64,000 nucleotides of DNA, from the NCBI GenBank assembly GCA_944392265.1, contig CALXWC010000004.1, positions 3,983-67,982 of the forward strand, read 5' to 3'. The position numbers were made by a program, and so were the translations under genes. Positions within the stretch are counted from its first letter, which is position 1. The number at the start of each line of letters is the position of its first letter. Of this stretch, positions 39,405 through 48,975 are shown piece after piece. This DNA is from an uncultured Alphaproteobacteria bacterium (GTDB lineage: Bacteria; Pseudomonadota; Alphaproteobacteria; RF32; CAG-239). The notes beneath the pieces are model-generated. The model saw only the letters and a list, made by a program, of their open reading frames with translations, was not told where the DNA came from and did not search any database.

Positions 39405-40583
39405 TTATCCAATGAGCTCTTTTACTCTCTCTTTGATTTTTTCTACAACATCAGATTTCGGTGTGTATTTTTCTTCAAACGGAGCAACTGTTTCCCAACC
39501 CAAAGCCTCAAATACGGCTTGAATATTGTTTACAACACCTGGTTTCCAACCATATGAACCAAAAGCAAAACCTTTTTTATTTTTAGGTTGCAAGCCCTTC
39601 ATATAGGTTACAAATGCGGCAACTCTCGGGAACATTTCGTTATTTAAGGTCGGAGTTCCGATACAAATGTATTTTGCATCCAAAAAGTCTACGATAACTT
39701 CTGAAATGTCATGATGCGTTAAGCAATATTTGATTACAGGAATTCCTGCATCTTGGAATACGGACATAACTGCATTGGCCAAAGTTGCGGTTGCGCCCCA
39801 CATTGTATCATAAACGATAACGGCTTTTCCTTCATCTTTGCCGGATGCCCATTTGTCATAAGCACTCAAAATTGCTTTTACTTCTTTTTCTCCGGTCCAA
39901 ATGCAACCATGAGACGGAGCTATCATATCAATCTCAAGTCCTAAATCTGTTGCTGTATTCAAAGCTTTTTCAGCTTGTGCGCCATAAGGGTATAAAATAT
40001 TAGCATAGTAGCTTTGTGCTTCTCTCATTATGACATCAAACGGAGCTTCTTTAACAAACAAAGCATCAGTGCAATAGTGTTGACCAAAACCATCATTTGA
40101 AAACAAGATTTTGTCTTCTTTATCATAGGTCATCATAGAATCGGGCCAGTGCAGCATCGGGGTGGTTACAAAAGACAAGTTTCTTTTACCGATATTCAAA
40201 GTATCTCCGGTTTTAACAATAACATATTCCCAGCCAGTGGTGTCAAAATGGTCTTCCAAAGCTTTTTTACCCATGGCATTGGTAACGATTTTGGCTTGAG
40301 GAGCCAATTTCATAATTGTAGGAATGCTGCCGGAGTGATCTTGTTCAATATGATTGGCAATGACATAATCTATCTTAGAAAAATCTACCAAACTTTTAAT
40401 TCTTTCCAATTGTTCTTCAGTCAAATAATGTTTTACGCCATCTATCAACGTAATTTTTTCATCCATTATCAAATAAGAATTATAAGTTGAGCCTCTTGGT
40501 GTGGTATATCCGTGAAATTCTTTCAAATTCCAATCTTTTACGCCTACCCAGTAGATATCCTTTTTGATTTCTACACCATTCAT
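39405..40583 (-). CDS. flavodiiron protein (FprA-type: metallo-beta-lactamase-like plus flavodoxin domains)
   Basis: 392 aa. Di-iron ligand motif NHIEQDHSG and LHWPDSM. C-terminal flavodoxin-like part (KAVIVYDTMWG). Confidence 0.85.
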   Translation of the reverse strand: MNGVEIKKDIYWVGVKDWNLKEFHGYTTPRGSTYNSYLIMDEKITLIDGVKHYLTEEQLERIKSLVDFSKIDYVIANHIEQDHSGSIPTIMKLAPQAKIVTNAMGKKALEDHFDTTGWEYVIVKTGDTLNIGKRNLSFVTTPMLHWPDSMMTYDKEDKILFSNDGFGQHYCTDALFVKEAPFDVIMREAQSYYANILYPYGAQAEKALNTATDLGLEIDMIAPSHGCIWTGEKEVKAILSAYDKWASGKDEGKAVIVYDTMWGATATLANAVMSVFQDAGIPVIKYCLTHHDISEVIVDFLDAKYICIGTPTLNNEMFPRVAAFVTYMKGLQPKNKKGFAFGSYGWKPGVVNNIQAVFEALGWETVAPFEEKYTPKSDVVEKIKERVKELIG

Positions 40584-40677
40584 ATTTTATCTCCTATTTA
40601 AATAATTTAATTGTTGCTTATATAGATAATATCTAATTTTGTGATTGACAAGAAGTATTTATTTATATATTTAATAA

Positions 40678-40692
40678 TAATAATGATTATTA
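40678..40692. promoter_or_regulatory. Fur-family (PerR-type) operator candidate
   Basis: Perfect 7-1-7 inverted repeat TAATAAT-G-ATTATTA, 16 nt upstream of the regulator ATG. Lies inside the divergent fprA/regulator intergenic region. Confidence 0.5.
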
Positions 40693-40707
40693 CTTTTAGA
40701 GGAAACA

Positions 40708-41097
40708 ATGAAATATTCTAAACAAAGAGAAATGATTTTAGATGTTTTGCATGAACATATGGTTCACCCAAGCGCAGATTATGTCTACGATGTTTTGAAA
40801 AAAGATTTGCCCTCTATCAGTTTGGCCACGGTTTATCGCAACTTAAACCAATTGGCTCAAAACGGAATGATAAGAAAAATTGAGAGTTTGGACGGTGTTG
40901 CCCATTTTGACCACAACCTTTCAAAACATTATCATTTCATTTGCACAAATTGTAATAAGGTATATGATGTACCTTGTGAAGTTGCTCCTGATTTATGCCA
41001 AAATGTATTGGCGCAAACAGGATTAATTGTTGAAAGCTTGGATATTTCATTCAAAGGAATTTGTCCGGAATGTCTTAAGCTAAAAAAAACTAACTAA
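40708..41097 (+). CDS. Fur-family transcriptional regulator (PerR-like)
   Basis: 129 aa. Winged-helix part ISLATVYRNL. HFDHNLSKHYHFIC.NC...C..C metal sites. Located between peroxide- and oxygen-detoxification genes. Confidence 0.75.
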   Translation: MKYSKQREMILDVLHEHMVHPSADYVYDVLKKDLPSISLATVYRNLNQLAQNGMIRKIESLDGVAHFDHNLSKHYHFICTNCNKVYDVPCEVAPDLCQNVLAQTGLIVESLDISFKGICPECLKLKKTN

Positions 41098-41115
41098 CTT
41101 TATTGGAGAGAACAT

Positions 41116-41658
41116 ATGGAATTAAAAGGTTCTAAAACAGAAAAAAATCTTATGGATGCTTTTGCCGGCGAATCTATGGCTCGCAACAAATATACTTACT
41201 ATGCATCTAAGGCTAAAAAAGAAGGTTATAACATTATTGCAGAAAAATTTGAACAAACTGCAAATAATGAAAAAGAACACGCTAAATTGTGGTTCAAACT
41301 TCTTCACAATGACACTATCCCCGATACTATTACAAACCTCAAAGATGCTGCTGCCGGTGAAAATTATGAGTGGACAGATATGTACTCTCGTATGGCTAAA
41401 GAAGCTGAAGAAGAAGGTTTTACAAAAATTGCTTTCCTCTTCAGATCTGTTGCTCAAATTGAAAAAGGTCACGAAGAAAGATATCAAGCCCTTTTAGATT
41501 CTTTGTGTGAAGGCAAAATCTTTGAACGCCCAACTAAAGTTATTTGGGAATGCGGTAACTGCGGTCACCGTGTAGAATCTCCAAAAGCTCCGGAAAAATG
41601 CCCTGTTTGCGATCATCCGCAAGCTTATTTCTTCCAATTGCAAGAAATGGAATTCTAA
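41116..41658 (+). CDS. rbr: rubrerythrin
   Basis: 180 aa. Ferritin-like diiron region (E..H pairs) plus a C-terminal rubredoxin motif CGNCGH...CPVCDHP. Confidence 0.9.
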   Translation: MELKGSKTEKNLMDAFAGESMARNKYTYYASKAKKEGYNIIAEKFEQTANNEKEHAKLWFKLLHNDTIPDTITNLKDAAAGENYEWTDMYSRMAKEAEEEGFTKIAFLFRSVAQIEKGHEERYQALLDSLCEGKIFERPTKVIWECGNCGHRVESPKAPEKCPVCDHPQAYFFQLQEMEF

Positions 41659-41675
41659 TCTGGAATAAATTTAAT

Positions 41676-41704
41676 AAAAAAAGCAGCGGAACGCTGCTTT
41701 TTTT
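41676..41704. terminator. bidirectional rho-independent terminator
   Basis: Stem agcagcg/cgctgct with loop gaa, flanked by A and T runs. Confidence 0.7.
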
Positions 41705-43196
41705 ATTTTACCTTTTCTGATTTAAGACCAATTATGCTTGAAAGAATCTTACCTTTAGGAGCTGGATTATTTTTTCCGGCAGATGTTTTCTTATTAATTA
41801 CAATCGGCGTAACGGTAATATATTCTTTCACATCTTCAGTCACCAACTGGGTCTTTTCAGGATCAAGAGCCATGGCTCTACCCAATTGAGAATTGTAAAA
41901 ACTGCTTCTAAAGTTTTTCCAAGCAATTACTTTTTTGTTAGGGTCTGCTTCTTCTTGAGCTTGCAACAACCTACTAGCAGTCGCGCTCATAATCCGCAAG
42001 TTTCCTTCTATGGTCTTTGTTCCGATTTCTTTATATTCGCCCTTCTCTTTTACTGAAGAAAACATCTTCTTAAAAGAATTAGCAATTTTTTCTGATGAAA
42101 AGTTTAAGCTTATTGCTTCTTTAATATGTTGGTATGTTTTCTTGATTGAAGAAACGATATGTCTGCTAAAAGATTTGAGTTTTTGCGGTTGTTCTTTTAA
42201 GAAAACGAACAACGTCTTTTCTTGCTGACCTTTGGCCGGATTATATTTGTGAACCGTTTCTGCAATTTTATTGGCACTAAACAAGTGTCTTCCTGAGTTA
42301 CCTGCAACAAAGCTCAAATCCGGATATGCGGCAAAAGCTCTCAACATTTCAAAAGTTTTGGGGTATTCTTTACTTAAATTTTTATCTGCCTCTTTTATCG
42401 GTGCTGTTAAAGCTTTTGCTTGAGTATGTTTTTCAATCTGTACTTCTTTTTGTGCTGCGCGGTTTAACTCTGCGGTAAGCGTACTTAAAATATTATCATT
42501 GCTTAATTTGAATTTTGCCACGCTTTTGGGGTTAATCATTTCAGCAAAGCGAATTTCTGCAAGTTGTGTAATTTGCTTTTCTTCTTCTTTAGACAATCTT
42601 ATTATATTTTTTGAAGCTTCTTTTGGAGCATTTACACTATTTTCTTGTCTTTTTTGCAAATTATCTTCAATTAACTGGTTTGAAACCAAAACAAAAGCGG
42701 TTTCTTCCATTGCCATAACAACACTGTTTATATATGACTTTTGTTGCTCTTCGGGTTTTAATTTGCTAAAATTTTTATTAGTGCATAAATCTTTTTTGGC
42801 TGTAATTTTTGCAATTTCGGCAGCCTGAGCAAATAATTTTTTGCCATCAACTTTTTCAGCGGTTTCTTTATTATCAACTTCAACTCGGCTAAAAAAGTTA
42901 AAAATCGGCAATAAATCTTGTTGAATCGGCATTCCTTGAGCATTTGTCTCAAAAAGATTGAACTTTTTTTCAAGTTTTTCAATTTGTAACATATTTTGCT
43001 CAATATGATATTGCATTTGTCGGTTAATTTGCGGTAATGAATGCCCTATTTTACTGTTTTGCAACATGGTTAAAGCTTGAAACGCTCTTGGGTCTGATGA
43101 GGCCGATAAAATATCTATCAATTCCCATAAATCATCAATATCTATCTCTTCAAATCGGCCGGATTCAATAAGTTCTATTGCGGTTTTAACATCCAT
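41703..43196 (-). CDS. hypothetical protein (orphan)
   Basis: About 497 aa from ATG 43196, which is preceded by GGAG (the ORF track starts at TTG 43211). K/E/Q-rich. No signal peptide and no recognised motif. Confidence 0.55.
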   Translation of the reverse strand: MDVKTAIELIESGRFEEIDIDDLWELIDILSASSDPRAFQALTMLQNSKIGHSLPQINRQMQYHIEQNMLQIEKLEKKFNLFETNAQGMPIQQDLLPIFNFFSRVEVDNKETAEKVDGKKLFAQAAEIAKITAKKDLCTNKNFSKLKPEEQQKSYINSVVMAMEETAFVLVSNQLIEDNLQKRQENSVNAPKEASKNIIRLSKEEEKQITQLAEIRFAEMINPKSVAKFKLSNDNILSTLTAELNRAAQKEVQIEKHTQAKALTAPIKEADKNLSKEYPKTFEMLRAFAAYPDLSFVAGNSGRHLFSANKIAETVHKYNPAKGQQEKTLFVFLKEQPQKLKSFSRHIVSSIKKTYQHIKEAISLNFSSEKIANSFKKMFSSVKEKGEYKEIGTKTIEGNLRIMSATASRLLQAQEEADPNKKVIAWKNFRSSFYNSQLGRAMALDPEKTQLVTEDVKEYITVTPIVINKKTSAGKNNPAPKGKILSSIIGLKSEKVK

Positions 43197-43330
43197 AAAG
43201 CTAAACTCCAATGTTAATATATAATGTCGGCATTATAGCGCATTTTTTTACTTATCGCAATCGTTTTATTATAAAAAAAAGCAACACTTTCAATTAAAAA
43301 TGTTGCTTTTTATCTTCTTATTTAACCTTG

Positions 43331-43534
43331 TTAGGCAACTTTCAAATTACCTGCAACGGTTTTACCTTTTTCTTCCATAAGCTCATAAGAAACTTTTTCA
43401 TTTTCTTTCAATGTTTTCATACCAGCTTGTTGTACGGCCGTAATATGCACAAAAACATCTTTGCCACCGTCATCCGGACAAATGAAACCATAACCTTTTC
43501 TTTTATTAAACCATTTTACTGTTCCTGTTGCCAT
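43331..43534 (-). CDS. cspA: cold-shock protein (CspA family)
   Basis: MATGTVKWFNKRKGYGFI (RNP1) and DVFVHITA (RNP2). ATG 43534 is preceded by AAGGAT. Confidence 0.9.
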   Translation of the reverse strand: MATGTVKWFNKRKGYGFICPDDGGKDVFVHITAVQQAGMKTLKENEKVSYELMEEKGKTVAGNLKVA

Positions 43535-43732
43535 GTTCTTAATCCTTTGCAAATACAGGTTAATCCTTATAACTTATTTGGGTGGAACAAAATTTGTTAT
43601 GGAAGAAACAAAATCCTAACGCCACGGAAATCAGTTACAAATTTGAGTCTACTCTTGCTATTTTTTTTTGCAAGCAGAATTTTATTTTACTTTAATATTT
43701 ACAATTTTAGTTATCTCTGTTATCTTTTGGTG

Positions 43733-43760
43733 GCTTGCGCCATTGGGGGCGTGGGCTTTT
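43733..43760 (+). promoter_or_regulatory. terminator-like GC-rich hairpin in the proS leader
   Basis: 9-bp stem gcttgcgcc/ggcgtgggc (three G-U pairs) followed by TTTTAATT, about 35 nt upstream of ATG 43795. Confidence 0.3.
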
Positions 43761-43794
43761 AATTGCGATATTAAACTTTTTAAGGAATAAACTT

Positions 43795-45312
43795 ATGACT
43801 CTAAAAAATATAAGATCTGGAAATTATCCCGAATGGTACCAAAATGTTGTTGCTGAAGCTGATATGGCTGAAAATTCTTCCAGCCCGGGATGTATGGTTA
43901 TTAAACCATGGGGATATGGTATTTGGGAAAGAATTCGTGACGTTTTTGACGAAAAAATTAAAGAAACAGAACATGAAAACTGCTATTTTCCGATGTTTAT
44001 TCCTCTTTCTTTCTTCCAAAAAGAAGCTGAACACGTTGATGGTTTTGCAAAAGAAATGGCTGTGGTGACACACTCTCGTTTGGCTATGAAAGACGGAAAG
44101 CTCGTTCCTTCTTCCGAATTAGATGAGCCGCTTATTGTTCGTCCGACCAGTGAAGCCATTATTGCCGACTCTTTTTCTAAATGGGTAAAATCTTACCGTG
44201 ATTTGCCTATCCTTGTTAACCAATGGGCAAACGTGGTTCGTTGGGAAATGCGCCCTCGCCTGTTTTTAAGAACTCGTGAATTTTTGTGGCAAGAAGGTCA
44301 TACTGCTCATGCTACCGCTAAAGAAGCCGAAGAAGAAACCGTACGTATGTTGCACGCTTATCGTGAACTTTGCGAAGATACTTTGGCTATGCCGGTGATT
44401 ATGGGACGCAAACCTGAATTTGATAAATTCCCTGGCGCCGTTGACACCTATTGCGTTGAAGCTATGATGCAAGATGGTAAAGCTTTGCAAGCCGGAACAT
44501 CTCACTTCCTCGGTCAAAACTTTGCAAAATCTGCAAATATTTCATTTATCAATGCCAACAACCAATCTGAATATGCTTATACCTCTTCTTGGGGTGTTTC
44601 TACTCGTCTTATCGGCGGTGTGATTATGACTCACGCTGATGATGAAGGTATGGTTGTTCCGCCAAGAATTGCTCCTTATCAGATTGTTATTATTCCTGTC
44701 ATTAAAAATGAAAACGATGAAGCTAATGTTATGGCTTATATTAATGATATGGTTAAAGAGCTTAAAACAAAGGCTCCTTTTGCTGAAAAAATCAGAATCA
44801 AGGTTGATAAACGTGACCGTAAATCTGTTGATAAATTCTGGGAATGGACCAAAAAAGGTGCTCCCGTTATTTGCGAGATTGGTATGCGCGATGTTGAAGC
44901 AGAAAAACTTATGGTTAAAGAACGCTTGAAACTCGGCACTCCGGAAGGAAAAGAAATTGTTGCTCGCGAAGACTTTATCAACACCATTGCCGAACGCTTA
45001 GAAAACATTCAAAAACAAATGTTTAAGAAAGCAAAAGACCGCTTGGATAACAATATTCGCACAGATATTAAAACTCCGGAAGAATTCAAGGCTTACTTTG
45101 ATAATGCTAACTCTTGGATTGAAGGTGACAGCAAAAACAAAGTTGCTTTTGTTCTTGGTAAATGGAGCGGTGATGAAAAGAGCGAAGAAATCTTAAAATC
45201 AATGAAAATCAATATTCGTTGCTTGCCTTTGGAACAATCCGGAACACAAGGTATTTGCTTGCTCACCGGCAAACCGGCAACTATGGATGTGATTTACGCT
45301 CGTTCTTACTAG
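43795..45312 (+). CDS. proS: prolyl-tRNA synthetase (archaeal/eukaryote-like class IIa type)
   Basis: 505 aa from ATG 43795. YPEWYQNVV..ADM, class II motifs, and a C-terminal extension ending ...IYARSY. The ORF-track extension to 43735 is rejected. Confidence 0.9.
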   Translation: MTLKNIRSGNYPEWYQNVVAEADMAENSSSPGCMVIKPWGYGIWERIRDVFDEKIKETEHENCYFPMFIPLSFFQKEAEHVDGFAKEMAVVTHSRLAMKDGKLVPSSELDEPLIVRPTSEAIIADSFSKWVKSYRDLPILVNQWANVVRWEMRPRLFLRTREFLWQEGHTAHATAKEAEEETVRMLHAYRELCEDTLAMPVIMGRKPEFDKFPGAVDTYCVEAMMQDGKALQAGTSHFLGQNFAKSANISFINANNQSEYAYTSSWGVSTRLIGGVIMTHADDEGMVVPPRIAPYQIVIIPVIKNENDEANVMAYINDMVKELKTKAPFAEKIRIKVDKRDRKSVDKFWEWTKKGAPVICEIGMRDVEAEKLMVKERLKLGTPEGKEIVAREDFINTIAERLENIQKQMFKKAKDRLDNNIRTDIKTPEEFKAYFDNANSWIEGDSKNKVAFVLGKWSGDEKSEEILKSMKINIRCLPLEQSGTQGICLLTGKPATMDVIYARSY

Positions 45313-45332
45313 AGATAATATCTCATTCTTTT

Positions 45333-45366
45333 AGCCCCAAAGCTTTTTCTTTGGGGCTTTTTTTAT
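45333..45366 (+). terminator. rho-independent terminator after proS
   Basis: 10-bp stem agccccaaag/ctttggggct followed by a T-run. Confidence 0.7.
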
Positions 45367-45436
45367 TATTTTTTTTGACTTTGTTTTTTTATTCTCCTAA
45401 ACTATTTTTATATTTTTGTAGGGAGCATTTTTTAAA

Positions 45437-46600
45437 ATGAAAAAAACTTTTTCAATTCTTGGCTTGTCTCTTCTGGCATCTTCTCCGGTTTGGGCGCAAA
45501 ATGTTGTTGAACCAACTTCGGCGCAAGCTCAAAAAAATATTTCGCCGCAAGATGCACAAACAATTTTCTTTTCGGAAGACTTTATTGACGAGTTGACGGA
45601 TGAAACATTGCCTGTGTTTACCGATGAAAATATTCCTTTAGAAAAAAATGCACAAGAAAATGCAAATTCTAAACAAACTCTAGCTCCTGCTAAGTCTGAA
45701 GAAATTCCCTTAGAAGAAAATTCGGTTAAAGAGATAAAAGAAACTTCAGAAAAAGCTGATATTCAAACACAAGAGAATCAAACTGCAGAAATGTCAGAAT
45801 CCCCTATAAAGAATCCTTCTGTAGAGGAAAATCTTGCTCCTGCTCAAAAAAAACAAGCAGAGCCTCTTGAAACAAAAACTGTTGAAAAGACAATTGCTCC
45901 CGCTGTAGCAATAAAAGAGTCTGCCTTAAAACAAGAAGAAAAAGCTTCTGTTAATGTAAAAGAAGAACAAAGTTCACAACCGGAAGAAAAAACACCTGTT
46001 GAGCAAAATCAATCTTCTGCTCCTATTGTTTTGCCGGAAAACGTTGTTACTCCTCAGGTAAAACAAGATTCTGAATCTAAGAAAGAAGAAGAGAAAGCGG
46101 CAGAGCAGATTCAAATTCCTACTCAAACAGAACAAAATGACCTGACCCAAAAAATCAGAGAATTACAACAACAACGAATGAAAAGACAAGCGCCTTCTTT
46201 ATTGCAACAAGCACCTGTTCAGGCTCCTACCCCAAAACCACAACCGATTTCCAAACCAAAGAGCAATGCTTTTTCTTTAGATGCACCAACATCTTTGCCT
46301 CAATCTATACTTCAAAATGATGCTTTATCAGTTAATATTATGGATAAAGGAATTAAGATTTCTCCGGAACAACGTGCCAGAATGATGATGAGAAAGAAAT
46401 ATAATGAAATGGACTTAAATCAGGACGGCATTGTTTCCAGTGCAGAATTTATAAAATTTAAGACAGATGAAGCACACAAAATTTCTGTTCAAGTATTTAA
46501 CCAAATTGATGAAAATCATGACGGCGTTATATCTGAAGAAGAATATGAAGTATTAATGCAGAAAATGATTGAAAACTACGTTACTCCACCCAAACAATAA
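45437..46600 (+). CDS. secreted low-complexity protein with two C-terminal EF-hand calcium-binding loops
   Basis: 387 aa. Signal peptide ...SSPVWA-QN. Long E/K/Q/P-rich region. Canonical loops DLNQDGIVSSAE and DENHDGVISEEE. Confidence 0.65.
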   Translation: MKKTFSILGLSLLASSPVWAQNVVEPTSAQAQKNISPQDAQTIFFSEDFIDELTDETLPVFTDENIPLEKNAQENANSKQTLAPAKSEEIPLEENSVKEIKETSEKADIQTQENQTAEMSESPIKNPSVEENLAPAQKKQAEPLETKTVEKTIAPAVAIKESALKQEEKASVNVKEEQSSQPEEKTPVEQNQSSAPIVLPENVVTPQVKQDSESKKEEEKAAEQIQIPTQTEQNDLTQKIRELQQQRMKRQAPSLLQQAPVQAPTPKPQPISKPKSNAFSLDAPTSLPQSILQNDALSVNIMDKGIKISPEQRARMMMRKKYNEMDLNQDGIVSSAEFIKFKTDEAHKISVQVFNQIDENHDGVISEEEYEVLMQKMIENYVTPPKQ

Positions 46601-46628
46601 AAAAAGCCTCAGTTGAGGCTTTTTTTAT
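46601..46628. terminator. bidirectional rho-independent terminator
   Basis: Stem agcctc/gaggct flanked by A and T runs. Confidence 0.6.
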
Positions 46629-46633
46629 TGGAT

Positions 46634-47047
46634 TTATTTATTTTGTGCTTTTAGCCAATCTAGCCAATATTGACCGTTTAAGTTCATTCTTTTTAAGTAT
46701 GGATTTTTGTCTTTTGGATAAGCAAAAATCAAATCCACTTTAACATGTTTTTTAGAAACTAATTTATCCAATGTTTGCGCATATTCTTCGGGAATATAAT
46801 ATTTATAAATGCTTTCAAAGCGATTAGGATGACACAAATTATCATTAAATTGACGACAATCTGTTTCTTGCCAGTTTAATCTTAAACGCATGTAATGACC
46901 GGAAATCAGGCTGCGAGGATCATATCCTTCCGCTCTTATGGTTATTTCCTCTGCGTGATTTATTCTGTATTCCAATGCAGATATCCAGCAAACAAAAAAT
47001 ACTATCGGCAGAGAAAGCCCGAGAATAAGTTTTAAGTTTTTTTGCAT
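46634..47047 (-). CDS. GDYXXLXY-domain-like protein
   Basis: 137 aa. N-terminal TM. YDPRSLISGHYMRLRLNW resembles the GDYxxLxY motif. Start overlaps the stop of the upstream membrane-protein gene. Confidence 0.45.
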   Translation of the reverse strand: MQKNLKLILGLSLPIVFFVCWISALEYRINHAEEITIRAEGYDPRSLISGHYMRLRLNWQETDCRQFNDNLCHPNRFESIYKYYIPEEYAQTLDKLVSKKHVKVDLIFAYPKDKNPYLKRMNLNGQYWLDWLKAQNK

Positions 47048-48207
47048 TACTTTTTCTCCTTAACCATCAAATAATTTCTTAATTTTACTTTTTTCCATAC
47101 ATAAAGTAAGCTTAAGAAGAAAACTCCGGAAACAATCAAGCCTACACCTGTGGTTAACAAGCTACCAAACACTTGAATATAAACAATAAATAATCTGATT
47201 GCGACACAGGCCGTGGCAATATTTAACAATTTTTCTTTATTTTTTATCAAAGCATAAACAACAACCGTTGCCAAGATAGACATTGTGAGCAAAAAGCCCC
47301 ATATATCATATAACACTTTGTTTTCCGGTAAAGCCATAAAAATAATTGAAAAACCGAGCAAAATTGCCAAAGCACAAGTTAATAGTCTGGAATAATTATA
47401 CTTGTTGCTATAATAACCAAAGGCAACTGTTGCTAAAACCAATAAACTGATAACAATCACAGAAGCTTGGTTTTCGGTATGAGAAGGATTTCCGTATTCT
47501 CCCAGCAATCCCAAACCTAAATCCATAACAATTACCAAAGATACAATATCAAATCCTAACCAAAACTTCATAGCTTTAATTTGCGGAGCTAATCTCGTTC
47601 TGAAATAATATGATGTAAACCTATATATACAAGCAAATAAAAGTATGCCGCAAACAGAAATGGCATAAGGAAATGTTTTTTCTATCATCTCTAAAATGGC
47701 ATATACAAAATTAATTTCTGCCAAGGTGTTGATTGATGAGGTGGTAAATAACGGAAGCCAAATAAGCGGTAAAATTACTTTTCTTGTGATTAAAACTACA
47801 GGAAAGACTAATATTGTCCAAAGCAAAACAGCTTTCATTCCGTCTGATTGTAATTGGTATATTTGCGCAATCAAACCTATCGATGCTAAAACCAATCCGG
47901 CATAAAGAATGAGCATTCCTTCAAAAAAGTTATTCTTTTCTTGATTATGAAAATAAACAGCGCCGAAGCCAACACCAATCAAAACCAAGATATCGAGGCT
48001 AAGTTTTATATATGCCGGAATAATTTCCCAATTTGCCGAAACTAAAGAAAGAATACCTAACGCAATGCAAAAAAAGGATAATCCTAATAAAGAGCCAATA
48101 ATAACCGGTTTTTTATGATTTTGTTCAAAAGCTTCTATTTTTTTATATTGCTCTGAAGTAATCAAACCGTTATCTAACCAAACATCTAATTTTTTTGCAA
48201 TTTTCAT
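47047..48207 (-). CDS. polytopic membrane protein (DUF2157/DUF4401-like partner of GDYXXLXY proteins)
   Basis: 386 aa with about 10 hydrophobic helices. Translationally coupled to the downstream GDYXXLXY-like gene. Confidence 0.45.
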   Translation of the reverse strand: MKIAKKLDVWLDNGLITSEQYKKIEAFEQNHKKPVIIGSLLGLSFFCIALGILSLVSANWEIIPAYIKLSLDILVLIGVGFGAVYFHNQEKNNFFEGMLILYAGLVLASIGLIAQIYQLQSDGMKAVLLWTILVFPVVLITRKVILPLIWLPLFTTSSINTLAEINFVYAILEMIEKTFPYAISVCGILLFACIYRFTSYYFRTRLAPQIKAMKFWLGFDIVSLVIVMDLGLGLLGEYGNPSHTENQASVIVISLLVLATVAFGYYSNKYNYSRLLTCALAILLGFSIIFMALPENKVLYDIWGFLLTMSILATVVVYALIKNKEKLLNIATACVAIRLFIVYIQVFGSLLTTGVGLIVSGVFFLSLLYVWKKVKLRNYLMVKEKK

Positions 48208-48264
48208 CTTTTATTTCCATAAAATATAATCTTTATACCAAAAAAGGCAGATATTTCTGCCTTT

Positions 48265-48816
48265 TTATCCGCCATATCCGGCTAAAGTTGTTTTGCACTC
48301 TTCGTATAATTCACGAGCCTCAACAATTGCTTTTTTCGCTTCTTCGGGACCTAAAAAAGCTTCAATTTTAACTTCTTTATTCTCCAAAACCTTATAGTCT
48401 TCAAAAAAGCGTTGAATGGTTTTTAAAACATGCTGAGGTAAATCATCAATTGAGTTGTATTGTGCATATTCTGGATCATCAACATGAACGGCAATAATCT
48501 TGTCATCTGCCTCACCTTGGTCAATCATCTTCATTACACCAATCGGTTTGGCTCTGACAATTGACAAAGGAACAACAGGCTCTTGACCTAATACCAAAAT
48601 GTCCAACGGGTCATTATCAGCGCAATAAGTTTTGGGAATAAAACCATAGTTGGCCGGATAATAAACAGCACTGTACAATATGCGGTCAACTTTTAACAAA
48701 CCGCTTAATTTATCTAACTCATATTTGGTTTTTGAACCTTTTGGCACTTCAATGATTGAAGTGATTATTTCAGGCATATTTTTGCCGATTTCAACACCAT
48801 GCCATGGATGTAACAT
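48265..48816 (-). CDS. ppa: inorganic pyrophosphatase (family I)
   Basis: 183 aa. YPANYGFIP and [10 protein letters not shown] motifs. Confidence 0.9.
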   Translation of the reverse strand: MLHPWHGVEIGKNMPEIITSIIEVPKGSKTKYELDKLSGLLKVDRILYSAVYYPANYGFIPKTYCADNDPLDILVLGQEPVVPLSIVRAKPIGVMKMIDQGEADDKIIAVHVDDPEYAQYNSIDDLPQHVLKTIQRFFEDYKVLENKEVKIEAFLGPEEAKKAIVEARELYEECKTTLAGYGG

Positions 48817-48975
48817 CTTTTTATTTTCCTTAATATATCGATTAAATTGGCTTGATAATAATGGATGCTTGAAAAATAGTCAAAGAATTATTTGCCGTAC
48901 TCCGCAGAAAATATGCATTTTTAAGTATTTTAAAATAAAAAAAGCGAATATTTTTATAAATATCCGCCTTTTAGA

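Noticed and set aside
43328-43762. 144-aa plus-strand ORF, and the 43735 TTG extension of proS
   Set aside because: The first is antisense to cspA and its leader. The second lacks an SD, whereas ATG 43795 follows AAGGA and starts the conserved ProRS N-terminus.
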